From: an uncultured Spirochaetales bacterium
GTDB taxonomy: Bacteria; Spirochaetota; Spirochaetia; JAFGXN01
DNA: 64,000 nucleotides
Direction of reading: 5' to 3'
NCBI GenBank assembly: GCA_949289575.1
Contig: CASEOG010000002.1
Coordinates: 92,590-156,589 of the forward strand
Shown here: positions 1 through 8,440 of the stretch, piece by piece
Position numbering within the stretch: the first letter of the stretch is position 1
Layout: each line of letters starts with the position of its first letter
Translations under genes and position numbers: made by a program
The notes under the pieces: model-generated
The model's database searches: none
What the model was told of the DNA's origin: nothing
What the model saw: only the letters and a program-made list of their open reading frames with translations

Positions 1-2
1 GA

Positions 3-189
3 CTGATTGTCGAAGACCTGGTCGTTCTTCTGGAGAGAGGAGAGCAGGGACGACGCGATATGGAAGCCGCCGGCGTGAGACTCCACTCGTTCTTCCCCGT
101 CGAAGATCTCTTCGATATGTGCCGCGAGCTGGGGATCATCGACGAAAACGGCTACAAAGAGCTGTTGGCCTTCGTTCACGGCAATTAAA
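3..189 (+). CDS. C-terminal fragment of an unidentified protein (gene starts before the window)
   Basis: Frame 3 is open from the window edge to TAA at 187-189 (…LIVEDLVVLLERGEQGRRDMEAAGVRLHSFFPVEDLFDMCRELGIIDENGYKELLAFVHGN). No family recognised. Confidence 0.35.
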
Positions 190-205
190 CAAAAAAAGAA
201 AAAAC

Positions 206-233
206 TTGCATTTTCCGCGTGATACCGTATACT
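206..233 (+). promoter_or_regulatory. Putative sigma70-type promoter (TTGCAT-16 nt-TATACT) upstream of the DRTGG/CBS operon
   Basis: -35-like TTGCAT at 206-211 and -10-like TATACT at 228-233 with 16-nt spacing, directly upstream of the first gene of the operon. Confidence 0.35.
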
Positions 234-249
234 GTTAGAGAGGGTGACT

Positions 250-576
250 ATGACATTTAAAGATTTAATCGAAAAAAACAAATGCAGAGTCTTTCATCTG
301 GAATCGGAGCTGGAGAATCAGAAGGTGGTCAATGTGATTGCCGGCGATCTGATGAGCGAAGTTCTGGTCGAGGACGAAGAAAATCTTCTGCTGATAACCT
401 CTCTCAACAGCGAACAGGTTCTCAATACCGCCAATATTGTCGATGCGGCCTGCGTGCTTCTGGTCAACGGAAAAACGCCTCAGGCACCGATGATTAAAAT
501 GGCGGAAAATTTCGGCATCTCTCTTTTGTCGACCGACCTGCCGATGTTCGAGGCGTGTAAGTCCATCGAAAACTGA
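250..576 (+). CDS. DRTGG domain-containing protein
   Basis: ORF 244..576. ATG at 250 is preceded by GAGAGGG. The ~110 aa sequence pattern is typical of standalone DRTGG proteins that accompany CBS-domain proteins. Confidence 0.6.
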   Translation: MTFKDLIEKNKCRVFHLESELENQKVVNVIAGDLMSEVLVEDEENLLLITSLNSEQVLNTANIVDAACVLLVNGKTPQAPMIKMAENFGISLLSTDLPMFEACKSIEN

Positions 577-1565
577 TGAGAACCATTCCGTTCTCGGAAG
601 GCGAATCGCCGCTTGTCCTTGTCGACCTGATTCATAGCACCCGCGTCAGGGATGTGGTGCAAAGCGGCTACTGCACCGCATTAAAATCCGATACGCTTTA
701 CGATATTCAGGTGATGATGAAGGAACGCCACGTCGGCGGTGTGCTGATTACCGACAAAACCGGCCGCCGCCTTTTGGGCATTCTGACTGTTGCCAATATT
801 ATGAAAGCGTTTGAAGACGGAACCATTCAGGAAACGGCCGAACACCACATGACCAAAACGGTGGTGACGCTCGACGGCGAGATGCCGCTGTCGTTTGCCG
901 TCGAAATGTTCGATAAATATTCGTTTAACATGCTGCCGGTTCTCAATGACGAGAAACTGATTGCCGGTGTGATTACACCGCGCGATATCATCATGTATCT
1001 GCTTTCGAGCATGAACGAGGAGGTGGCAAAGTTGGAAGAGAGTGTCAAACAGGCGCAGTCGTTAATCGATAAAACCGCCGGGGCCGACCTCGACGGCTTT
1101 GCTCAGAACAAAAGCCGTGTTTTACGTTATGTCACCATCCGCAACGATTTTAACACTGCCGGGAAAATTTCCAACGAAATCAAAACGGTGCTGAAGGAGA
1201 TGGGCATCGACAAAAAAATCATCCGCCGCATTTCCGTGGCGGCCTACGAACTGGAAATCAATCAGGTGGTGCACTCTTACGGCGGCGAAATGATTTTTAT
1301 CATTACCCCCGAAAAGGTGGAGATTCTGGCGCACGACAAAGGCCCCGGCATCGAGGATGTCGATAAGGCGATGCAGGAAGGCTTTTCCACGGCGACCGAT
1401 TGGGTCCGTTCGCTCGGCTTCGGAGCGGGGATGGGGCTGCCGAACTCCAAACGGGTTTCCGATCTGTTTATCATCAATTCGGCGAAAGGGCAGCCGACCG
1501 ATGTGCGGGCGGTCATTTTTCTCGACGAAAAGAAGAAGGAGGAAGAGAATCGTGAAAGTCTCTGA
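576..1565 (+). CDS. CBS-pair domain protein fused to a GHKL/HATPase_c-type anti-sigma-regulatory-factor-like serine kinase domain
   Basis: N-terminal CBS pair (GILTVANIMKAF… and GVITPRDIIMYLL). C-terminal region with GHKL-like G-boxes (DKGPGI, GFGAGMGL) resembling RsbW/SpoIIAB-type kinases. ATG overlaps the upstream stop (TGATG). Confidence 0.65.
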   Translation: MRTIPFSEGESPLVLVDLIHSTRVRDVVQSGYCTALKSDTLYDIQVMMKERHVGGVLITDKTGRRLLGILTVANIMKAFEDGTIQETAEHHMTKTVVTLDGEMPLSFAVEMFDKYSFNMLPVLNDEKLIAGVITPRDIIMYLLSSMNEEVAKLEESVKQAQSLIDKTAGADLDGFAQNKSRVLRYVTIRNDFNTAGKISNEIKTVLKEMGIDKKIIRRISVAAYELEINQVVHSYGGEMIFIITPEKVEILAHDKGPGIEDVDKAMQEGFSTATDWVRSLGFGAGMGLPNSKRVSDLFIINSAKGQPTDVRAVIFLDEKKKEEENRESL

Positions 1566-1881
1566 TCTGAAAACCAAACTGGCTTACGAAGAGGTGTGTG
1601 CGGGCAATCCCGATGCCGAGATTCGTGCCGGCTACACATCCGATTTGTTGAGCGATGTGATGGGGAACGCTCTCGACGATTCTGTGCTGGTGACGATTCA
1701 GGCACATAAAAACACGGTGGCGGTTGCCACGCTGGCCGGGATTGCGGCGGTGGTGATCTGCAATAACCGCGAAGTGCCGGCCGATATGGCCGAAGCGGCT
1801 GCCGACGAAGAGGTGGCGGTTTACCGGACAACCAAAAATCAGTTCACCGTTTCGTGCGAAATCGGAGCGCTGCTGGACTAG
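1552..1881 (+). CDS. DRTGG domain-containing protein (second copy)
   Basis: GTG at 1552 is in frame within ORF 1357..1881 and preceded by AGGAGGAAG. Product VKVSDLKTKLAYEEV…VTIQAHKNTVAVATLAGIAAVVI is paralogous in pattern to the 250-576 gene. It overlaps the upstream gene end. Confidence 0.55.
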   Translation: MKVSDLKTKLAYEEVCAGNPDAEIRAGYTSDLLSDVMGNALDDSVLVTIQAHKNTVAVATLAGIAAVVICNNREVPADMAEAAADEEVAVYRTTKNQFTVSCEIGALLD

Positions 1882-1904
1882 TTGAGTCAAAACGGAATCG
1901 TTTC

Positions 1905-2621
1905 GTGAAAGCCGATCTTCATATCCATTCCTGTTTGAGTCCTTGCGGAGACTGGGAGATGTCGCCTCTCGCCATTGCGGCGCGCGGCATAGAGGAAGGG
2001 TTGGATATGATGGCGCTTTCCGATCATAATGCGGTCGGCAATTTGCCGGCTTTTTTTTGTGCCTGCGAAGCGGCCGGCATTGTCCCTGTCGGCGGTATCG
2101 AGGTGACCTCCGAAGAAGAGGCGCATGTGCTCTGCCTCTTTCCCGACTTGGAAAAAGCGACGGAGTTCGGAGCCTGGATTCACGATCATCTGCCCGATAT
2201 TCCCAACGACCCCGAACAGTTCGGCGATCAGGTGGCGGTCGACGAAAACGAAGAGGTGCTTTACGAAGAGCCGAAGCTGCTCATTTCGGCAGTTTCGCTC
2301 AATCTGGATGAGATTCTGACAAAAACACACGCGATGGGCGGTCTTTACATACCGGCCCATGTCGACAAACCCCGTTTCAGCCTGACGTCTCAGCTCGGTT
2401 TTATTCCGAAAATGGATTACGATGCGCTGGAGGTGGTCGATTTCAATGCACGGCTGCTGGTCAAAAAGGCGGTGAGAATCGGCAATTCCGATGCCCATTA
2501 TCTGTCGGATGTCGGCAAACGGTTTACCGTTTACGAGACGGAAGAGGCATCGTTCGAGGCGTTGCGTGACTGCCTTCACCGCGGTGCGCTGCTGCCGGGC
2601 AGCCGTCCCTACCGCTTTTAA
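1905..2621 (+). CDS. PHP-domain phosphoesterase
   Basis: N-terminal VKADLHIHSCLSPCGD and SDHNAVG metal-binding motifs of PHP (polymerase/histidinol phosphatase) domains. GTG at 1905 is in frame in ORF 1854..2621 and overlaps the upstream gene. Confidence 0.75.
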   Translation: MKADLHIHSCLSPCGDWEMSPLAIAARGIEEGLDMMALSDHNAVGNLPAFFCACEAAGIVPVGGIEVTSEEEAHVLCLFPDLEKATEFGAWIHDHLPDIPNDPEQFGDQVAVDENEEVLYEEPKLLISAVSLNLDEILTKTHAMGGLYIPAHVDKPRFSLTSQLGFIPKMDYDALEVVDFNARLLVKKAVRIGNSDAHYLSDVGKRFTVYETEEASFEALRDCLHRGALLPGSRPYRF

Positions 2622-2693
2622 CCGCGGTTCGTTTCGCGGTGCGCTGCCTTCTTTTCCGAAACGGCGGCCGTTTCACCGTGAGGCGGCCGCGGC

Positions 2694-3203
2694 TTACCGC
2701 CCGCCGCCGGAATCTGCTTTTCCGGAAGAAGCCGCGTCGGAATCGTTATCGGCCGCCGCCGGTTCGCTAAAGCAGCCCTGAGCGCAGCCGGCGCATTCCG
2801 GCGGCACAAAACCGTCGACGACGGCGGTGACAGTCGGCCGAAAGCGGCCGCTTTTTTTGAGAAGCCACAGAACGGCGGTCATCGCGGCCGCGGCCGCAGC
2901 CAGCCCCGCCAAGACGGCGGCGGCAACGGCGTTCGGAAAAAGGGCTTCGATACCGAGATAGACCGCCAAAAAAATCAGCAGCGGCAGAATGAAAATCAGA
3001 AACGAAGAGAAAATCGAGCGGCCGGTCGGCAGCAGAAGCCGGACCGCGTCACCCGGTTTCGGCATTACCCCTTCGGCAATCTCGGCCTCAAACTCGTGCG
3101 GTTTCGGCGCAAAAATCCGGCTGCCGCCGCAACCGCCCGGCTTCGGCATGCGCAGAAACGCGCGTCGGCCGTCGACGGAAACGACAAAAGCGGTGGTCAG
3201 CAT
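2694..3203 (-). CDS. RseC/MucC-like (SoxR-reducing system) membrane protein
   Basis: N-terminal xFVVSVDGRRAFLRMPKPGGCGGS motif typical of RseC-family proteins, followed by two TM helices. It overlaps the upstream YmdB-like gene by 7 nt. Confidence 0.5.
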   Translation of the reverse strand: MLTTAFVVSVDGRRAFLRMPKPGGCGGSRIFAPKPHEFEAEIAEGVMPKPGDAVRLLLPTGRSIFSSFLIFILPLLIFLAVYLGIEALFPNAVAAAVLAGLAAAAAAMTAVLWLLKKSGRFRPTVTAVVDGFVPPECAGCAQGCFSEPAAADNDSDAASSGKADSGGGR

Positions 3204-4021
3204 TCGTCGGCCTCGCGGTCGCTGCTCTCGGCTTCGGCAACCGTGACCGGTTTGCGGATGATTTCGGCCGAAAGACAGCGGTTGCCTTCGATTTCGAAAA
3301 GAGCCCCCTGAATCTCGGTGCCGGCGGCGGTTTCGCGGGAGCGGGAGGGAATCCCGGTTAAAAACTTGTCGATTTCGGTTTTCGGCAGGAAGCCGCCGAC
3401 CGACTGAAGACTGCCGCAGCGGCCGGTGTCGGTAATACGGCCGGTGCCTCCGGCCAAAACTTCGGCATCGGCGGTCAGCGCTTTCGAGTGGGTGCCGGCG
3501 ACGACGGCCGCTTTCCCGTCGAGGAAGCAGGCCATCGCCTGTTTTTCGGCCGTTGTGGCGGCATGAAATTCGACCAGAATCGTATCGTTATCTTTCAGTT
3601 TCTCGAGAAGATAATTCATCGTATGAAACGGATTGTTGAGATGCATGCGGGTAAAACCGTTTTGCCCCAGCAGTGAAATCACGGCGATCTTCTGTCCGTT
3701 GATTTCCGTCAGCCGGTAACCGCGTCCCGGAACCTCGGGCGGAAAATTGGCGGGGCGCAGCAGAAAGGCCGACTTGCCCATCAGCTCCGTCAGATCTTTC
3801 TTGAAAAATCCTTTTTCGCCGACCGTCACGACATCGACTCCCAATTTGCGCAGATAGAGGGCGTGGTTTTTCCCCAAACCGAAACCGCCGGTGGTTCCCT
3901 CCGCATTGGCGACCACCAGATCGATCTTCTCTTCCTGCCGGAACGAGGGCAGAAACTTTTTGACCGCCGTCAGACCGGCGCGGCCGACGATCTCTCCCAA
4001 AAACAACACTTTCAAGGACAA
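3197..4021 (-). CDS. ymdB: YmdB-family metallophosphoesterase (TIGR00282-like, 2',3'-cyclic-nucleotide phosphodiesterase family)
   Basis: LKVLFLGEIVGRAGL and DLVVANAEGTTGGFG motifs. The probable start is TTG at 4021 with an AAGGAG RBS 6 nt upstream. The ORF-track start at 4087 is likely an over-extension. Confidence 0.7.
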   Translation of the reverse strand: MSLKVLFLGEIVGRAGLTAVKKFLPSFRQEEKIDLVVANAEGTTGGFGLGKNHALYLRKLGVDVVTVGEKGFFKKDLTELMGKSAFLLRPANFPPEVPGRGYRLTEINGQKIAVISLLGQNGFTRMHLNNPFHTMNYLLEKLKDNDTILVEFHAATTAEKQAMACFLDGKAAVVAGTHSKALTADAEVLAGGTGRITDTGRCGSLQSVGGFLPKTEIDKFLTGIPSRSRETAAGTEIQGALFEIEGNRCLSAEIIRKPVTVAEAESSDREADEC

Positions 4022-4036
4022 AACGGACTCCTTCTC

Positions 4037-4066
4037 TTGATAGGAATTTCTTATCTGTAGTATAAT
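4037..4066 (+). promoter_or_regulatory. Putative sigma70 promoter (TTGATA-18 nt-TATAAT) for the NusG-domain-II/Gx operon
   Basis: Hexamers read directly at 4037-4042 and 4061-4066. The ATG at 4077 lies 10 nt downstream. Confidence 0.4.
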
Positions 4067-4076
4067 ACAAACGCTC

Positions 4077-4439
4077 ATGAAAATCAATTTACCGGACGCG
4101 GGAATCGCCTCCGTTGTTCTGATCCTGATTCTGACCGCCGCTTTTTTTCTCTACCGCCCGGACGGCTCTCCCCGTTATCTGCTGATTACGACGGCCGACG
4201 GAACGGAAGTGTATCCGCTCGATCAAAACCGGGTTTGGGAACGGACGGACGAAAAGGGAACGGTTCGGGTGGAGATTCGCGACGGAACGGCTGCTTTTAC
4301 GGATTCGTACTGTTCGGGACGCGACTGTATCCGTACCGGAAATATCGTGGGGCGAAGCGGGTTTGCCGCCTGTCTGCCGGCACGGGTGCGGATCGAGACC
4401 GCGGGAGGAGAGAGCCATGCCGATGCGACCGCTTACTGA
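4077..4439 (+). CDS. NusG domain II-containing (DUF1312) protein
   Basis: N-terminal TM helix. The C-terminal block VRVEIRDGTAAFTDSYCSGRDCIRTGNIVGRSGFAACLPARVRIE matches the NusG-domain-II family signature (CPdkiCvkxGxI…CLP). Confidence 0.7.
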   Translation: MKINLPDAGIASVVLILILTAAFFLYRPDGSPRYLLITTADGTEVYPLDQNRVWERTDEKGTVRVEIRDGTAAFTDSYCSGRDCIRTGNIVGRSGFAACLPARVRIETAGGESHADATAY

Positions 4440-5550
4440 CCGTGCGGCGCGGCGGCGCGCCGCGATTTTTACCGCCGCTTTTTCCGTTTATCTGGGAGCG
4501 GTCGAGACGGTTCTGCCTCATCCGATTCCGTTTCTGCATTACGGGTTGGGCAATATTCCGTTGCTGATTGCCGTACCGCAGCTGCCTTTCGGCTGGTTTC
4601 TGGCGGCGGTTGCCGTCAAACTGCTCGGGCAGGGGCTGCTCGGCGGACTGCTGCTTTCGCCGCTGATGGCGGTTTCCGCAGCCGGGTCGCTGACGGCCGC
4701 TTTGGCGATGAAGGGGTTTTACCGCCTTTTCGGCCGCTTCTGTACGCTGACCGGGGTCAGTGTGCTGGCGGCCTTTGTGTCCGATGCGGTGCGGCTGGCG
4801 GCGGCGGCTCTGTTTCTCGGTTCGGCCGGGGCCGCGGCGGTGGCGCTGCCTTTTTTTCTCTGCGGCTGGGGCTGTTCTCTGCTGACGGGGGCGGCCGCCC
4901 GCCGCATGCTGCCGCACTGTCCGTTGGCGGATGTGCCGGCGGCCGCGGGCGGTGCGTTGCGGCGGCCGGCGGAAGCACGGGTTTCCGTTCCGCGGAATTC
5001 CGTTCGCAGCCGTTTGGGTTCCGTTTTGCGGTCGGTGCCGTTTGCGGCGGCCGTTGCGGGAACGCTGTCCGGCAGCGCGGCGCTTTGTCTGCTGCTGTTT
5101 GCGGCGACGGCGGTGACGGCGGCGGTCTGCCGGCTGCGCAACCGGTGGGGGATGACGGCGAGTGCATTCGTTTGCATTGTTCTGTTTGCATTGATGGCGC
5201 CGGACGGGAAGCTGCTGGCGGAATGGGGACCGTTGCGGATAACGGCCGGTGCGCTCGAGGCCGGTTTGTACCGGGCCGCTTCGTTTTGTGCGCTGGTTTT
5301 GGCGTCGCGGTTGGCGCTGATGCGCGGTGTGCCCGCGTTTGTGAGGCGGTTTCGGGCGGCGGGTGAGTTTTTTGTCTATTTCGAGGCGTTTTGGGCGCTT
5401 TCGGTTGATGCCGGGCGGATTTTGTCCCGTCCCTACCTGAAAGAGGTGAGCGGTGTATTGGCGGCCGGTTCGCCGGCCGGTGCCGGTGCGGCTGCCGGTA
5501 ACGGTGCGGTTACCGGTTCGAAGGCGGAAGCGGAAGCGTCGAGACGGTAA
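4417..5550 (+). CDS. Gx transporter family membrane protein with a long Ala/Gly-rich C-terminal extension
   Basis: Polytopic membrane protein immediately following and overlapping the NusG-domain-II gene, which is the canonical pairing. ATG at 4417 lies inside ORF 4363..5550. The C-terminal half is low complexity (Ala/Gly/Arg-rich). Confidence 0.5.
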   Translation: MPMRPLTDRAARRRAAIFTAAFSVYLGAVETVLPHPIPFLHYGLGNIPLLIAVPQLPFGWFLAAVAVKLLGQGLLGGLLLSPLMAVSAAGSLTAALAMKGFYRLFGRFCTLTGVSVLAAFVSDAVRLAAAALFLGSAGAAAVALPFFLCGWGCSLLTGAAARRMLPHCPLADVPAAAGGALRRPAEARVSVPRNSVRSRLGSVLRSVPFAAAVAGTLSGSAALCLLLFAATAVTAAVCRLRNRWGMTASAFVCIVLFALMAPDGKLLAEWGPLRITAGALEAGLYRAASFCALVLASRLALMRGVPAFVRRFRAAGEFFVYFEAFWALSVDAGRILSRPYLKEVSGVLAAGSPAGAGAAAGNGAVTGSKAEAEASRR

Positions 5551-6535
5551 ACGGGCTGTCGGCGGTCGGGGAGAAGGCGCCGGCCAGGTTGCCGGTGACG
5601 ATCAGCCGGTTGTCCCGTGTTATCCATATCACGCCGACGTCGGGGTTGCGCCGCTGCCATTCGATTCCTTTTGTTTCTCCCATCACGAAGAGGGCGGTCG
5701 AAAGGGCGTCGGTTTCGGCGCCGCTGCGTTGCGAGACGACGGTCACCGAACGCAGGCCGCTGTCGGCCGGTTTCCCGGTCGCCGGGTCGAGAATATGGTG
5801 GTATTTGACGCCGTTTTCGTAAAAGAATTTCTGATAATCGCCCGAGGTGGAAAGGCTCCAGTCTCCCGAAAGGGTGAGGGTGGCGGCTTCGGCGGGGCCG
5901 ACGGTTAGCGGAGAGCGGATCGAGATGATCCACGGCGTTCCGTCCGGTTTGGTGCCGACGGTTTGAATATTGCCGCCCAGGTCGATGAGAGCCGTTGCGC
6001 CCGCCTCTTCACAGATTTTTTTCACCGCATCCGAAGCGTATCCTTTGCCGACGGCGCCGAAATCGAAGGCGCACTGCCGGCTTTTCAGGGTGACGGTGTG
6101 CCGCTCGGAGTCGTAGACGGCGGCCGAAAGCCGCGCCGCCGGTAACAGCCGGGCAATCTCCTCGTCTGCCGGCAGCCGCGGTGCTTCGCCGGAAAAGCCC
6201 CACAACGCAGTCAGCCGCCCCAAAACGGGGGAAAAGGCGCCGTCGGTTTCGGCGGCGGTTTTCAGCGAAACCGCAATCAGGTCGCCCGTAAGCGGAGAAA
6301 CCGTCTGCTGCCGGCCGGCATTGACGGCCGATACTTCGCTTTGCGGATCGACGGCACTGATTTTCCGTTCGATTTCCCGAATGGCCTCAAAGCAGTTACC
6401 GGCAACGGCTGTTTCGGACTTCCCGTAAAATCTGACCGTGCAGACGGTTCCCATCAGCCATTCGGTGTATGCCGGACTGCCGAACGGGCAGCCTGTCAGC
6501 ACGGCGGCGCAAAGGGTCAGCAGAATTTTTTTCAT
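5510..6535 (-). CDS. apbE: FAD:protein FMN transferase (ApbE family) lipoprotein
   Basis: Lipoprotein signal (LTGC), FDFGAVGKGYASD and SGDYQKFF…HHILDPATGKP motifs of ApbE. Confidence 0.85.
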   Translation of the reverse strand: MKKILLTLCAAVLTGCPFGSPAYTEWLMGTVCTVRFYGKSETAVAGNCFEAIREIERKISAVDPQSEVSAVNAGRQQTVSPLTGDLIAVSLKTAAETDGAFSPVLGRLTALWGFSGEAPRLPADEEIARLLPAARLSAAVYDSERHTVTLKSRQCAFDFGAVGKGYASDAVKKICEEAGATALIDLGGNIQTVGTKPDGTPWIISIRSPLTVGPAEAATLTLSGDWSLSTSGDYQKFFYENGVKYHHILDPATGKPADSGLRSVTVVSQRSGAETDALSTALFVMGETKGIEWQRRNPDVGVIWITRDNRLIVTGNLAGAFSPTADSPFTVSTLPLPPSNR

Positions 6536-6541
6536 GTGCGG

Positions 6542-8440
6542 TTACAGTGCGTACCGTTCGGACGCTTCTCCGATTTCGTTCAGCGTCTGCCGGGAGTTGT
6601 TCAGATCCCGAATCATCGATTCGACCGATTTGTTCAGGCGCTCCGTCATCTCCTTTTCGGTGGCGAAGAGCTGCTGCATCCGGTCGGAAAGATCGAGAAT
6701 CAGGGTGATAGTCTCTTCGACATTGATAGCCGCTTCTTTCTGTGTCTGGAACTGTTCTTTGATATTCCGGACCGAAGAGACAACCGATTCGATGGCGGTC
6801 ATTGTGTCGCGGGCCGCCTCTTCTTCTTCGTTCATGGCGTCGGAGATTGTGGCAATCAGGTCGCTGTTTTCACCGATTCCTTTTCGGATGCCTTCAAAGG
6901 TTTTGGTAATCGAAGTGATTGTCTGATTTCCGATCTGTATCCATTCCGTCATTTCGCCGATGTGGTTTTCGATTTTTTTGGCACTTTTTGTCGAGGCATC
7001 GGCAAGAGCGCGCACGCTTTGGGCAACCAGCGCAAATCCCGATCCGGACGCACCGGCATGGGCCGCTTCGATAGAGGCGTTCATGGAAAGCAGGTTTGTC
7101 TGTCCCGCAATCCGCTGAATAACAGCCAGAATTTCGGAAACCGATTGAGCCGCATCCTGAATCTCTTCGATCGCTTTGCGCGCTTCTTCAATGGCTTTGT
7201 TTCCGGTCGCACTGTAATTCTTCAGCTTGTCGGACAATTGGGCCGCCGTTCGGATGGTCTGGATAATTCCGGCAATGGAGGAGGACATCTGACCGATAGA
7301 GACAGAGGTCTGTTCGACCATTTCTTCCTGAGCCGCAATCTGTTCTTCCATCATTTTGGCCGTGGTGTTCAGATTGTGGACGTTTTTGTCGGAACGGGAG
7401 AGAAAGGTGATCTGACTGTTCGATTCCGCCGATTCGCAGGAGGCTGCGGTGATTTCCGCAAGCGGTGTTTTGATATTTTCGTAAATCACTCCGGTTTTGT
7501 CGAGAGACTCATGCAGGGCGGCTGTTTCGCTCCGGAACTCTTCGGCTACTGTCTGCGTATTTTCCGTCAAAAGATTGATGGCTTCGCATAAATCGCCGAA
7601 CTCATCGAGTGTAATGATGTTCATTCGGGAGAGGCCGTGGCCGGGAGTTTCGATTTCGTTGAGCAGTGCGACGGTCCGTCCGACTTTCTGGTACTGTAAA
7701 TTGCGGAAAACGCGGAGAAACAGAAAAAGCAGAGTCAGAATGAGGATTCCGGAAGCCGCTCCCGTCAGGGCAAAAAGGGCCGGGTCGGCTTCGGCGGGAT
7801 TGATGATGGCTCTTTCGGCAAAAAAGGAGCTTCCCGACAAAGTAAATGTGGCCGTAATCAGAAAGGCCTGAAGCAGACCGAACATCAGGACAAATCCGAT
7901 ACTGAAATTTTTTCTGACATGAAGATGGGAATATTTCTTCACCGTCGAAATATCGGATATCTTTCCGATACCGGCTTTGAAAAAGAACAGGATAAGAAAA
8001 ACGCTGATTCCCCATAAAATCAGGGAGATGACCATATCCATTACAAACCGCGAGACAAAAATGAAAAGGGTTTCCGGTTCGGGTGTAAAAAAGAATCCGG
8101 TTATTCGCGGCAGAACAATCATGATAAAAGAGGTCAGCCAGATGCAGAGCGTCAGTCCCTTCATCGATTTCAGGAAAGTCATCAGTTTCAGATCTTCCGG
8201 CATCGGATTGGTGTCGGTACAGGTTTCCCCGATGCGCCGCGAAAAGTAAACGGAGGGAATCAGAAAAATCAGATACCCCGACACGGCAATCAGCGTGCTT
8301 TGTATCAGGTGCGGCCACGGAAGGATGTGTGTATTTCGAAATGTCATGAGAAAAAAACTGAGTTCGTTAAATATAAAAATAAAGAACAGAAGAGGGGAAA
8401 CAGAGCGTAAATAAAGTGCGGTCATTTTGCTGCGACTCAT
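6542..8440 (-). CDS. Methyl-accepting chemotaxis protein with a polytopic (multi-TM) N-terminal sensor region
   Basis: Highly conserved MCP signalling-domain hairpin ([31 protein letters not shown]). N-terminus has about 6-8 predicted TM helices. Confidence 0.85.
   Translation of the reverse strand: MSRSKMTALYLRSVSPLLFFIFIFNELSFFLMTFRNTHILPWPHLIQSTLIAVSGYLIFLIPSVYFSRRIGETCTDTNPMPEDLKLMTFLKSMKGLTLCIWLTSFIMIVLPRITGFFFTPEPETLFIFVSRFVMDMVISLILWGISVFLILFFFKAGIGKISDISTVKKYSHLHVRKNFSIGFVLMFGLLQAFLITATFTLSGSSFFAERAIINPAEADPALFALTGAASGILILTLLFLFLRVFRNLQYQKVGRTVALLNEIETPGHGLSRMNIITLDEFGDLCEAINLLTENTQTVAEEFRSETAALHESLDKTGVIYENIKTPLAEITAASCESAESNSQITFLSRSDKNVHNLNTTAKMMEEQIAAQEEMVEQTSVSIGQMSSSIAGIIQTIRTAAQLSDKLKNYSATGNKAIEEARKAIEEIQDAAQSVSEILAVIQRIAGQTNLLSMNASIEAAHAGASGSGFALVAQSVRALADASTKSAKKIENHIGEMTEWIQIGNQTITSITKTFEGIRKGIGENSDLIATISDAMNEEEEAARDTMTAIESVVSSVRNIKEQFQTQKEAAINVEETITLILDLSDRMQQLFATEKEMTERLNKSVESMIRDLNNSRQTLNEIGEASERYAL

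Noticed and set aside
1357-1551. Longer N-terminal extension of the second DRTGG gene (ORF-track start 1357)
   Set aside because: The extension is Arg-rich and lies inside the upstream kinase-domain coding sequence in another frame. GTG at 1552 with an AGGAGGAAG RBS gives a typical DRTGG-length protein.
1277-1890. Overlapping minus-strand ORFs (184 aa and 125 aa) inside the CBS-kinase and DRTGG genes
   Set aside because: They are antisense to genes with clear domain signatures. They are Arg/Pro-rich translations typical of GC-rich antisense frames, with no RBS.
4297-5191. Minus-strand ORFs of 206, 152 and 144 aa inside the Gx transporter gene
   Set aside because: Extremely Arg/Pro/Ala-rich low-complexity translations antisense to a membrane-protein gene. 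A high-GC artefact.
6341-7591. 416-aa plus-strand ORF antisense to the first MCP
   Set aside because: The opposite strand encodes a highly conserved MCP signalling domain. This ORF has no recognisable motifs and a Phe/Gly/Arg-rich composition.
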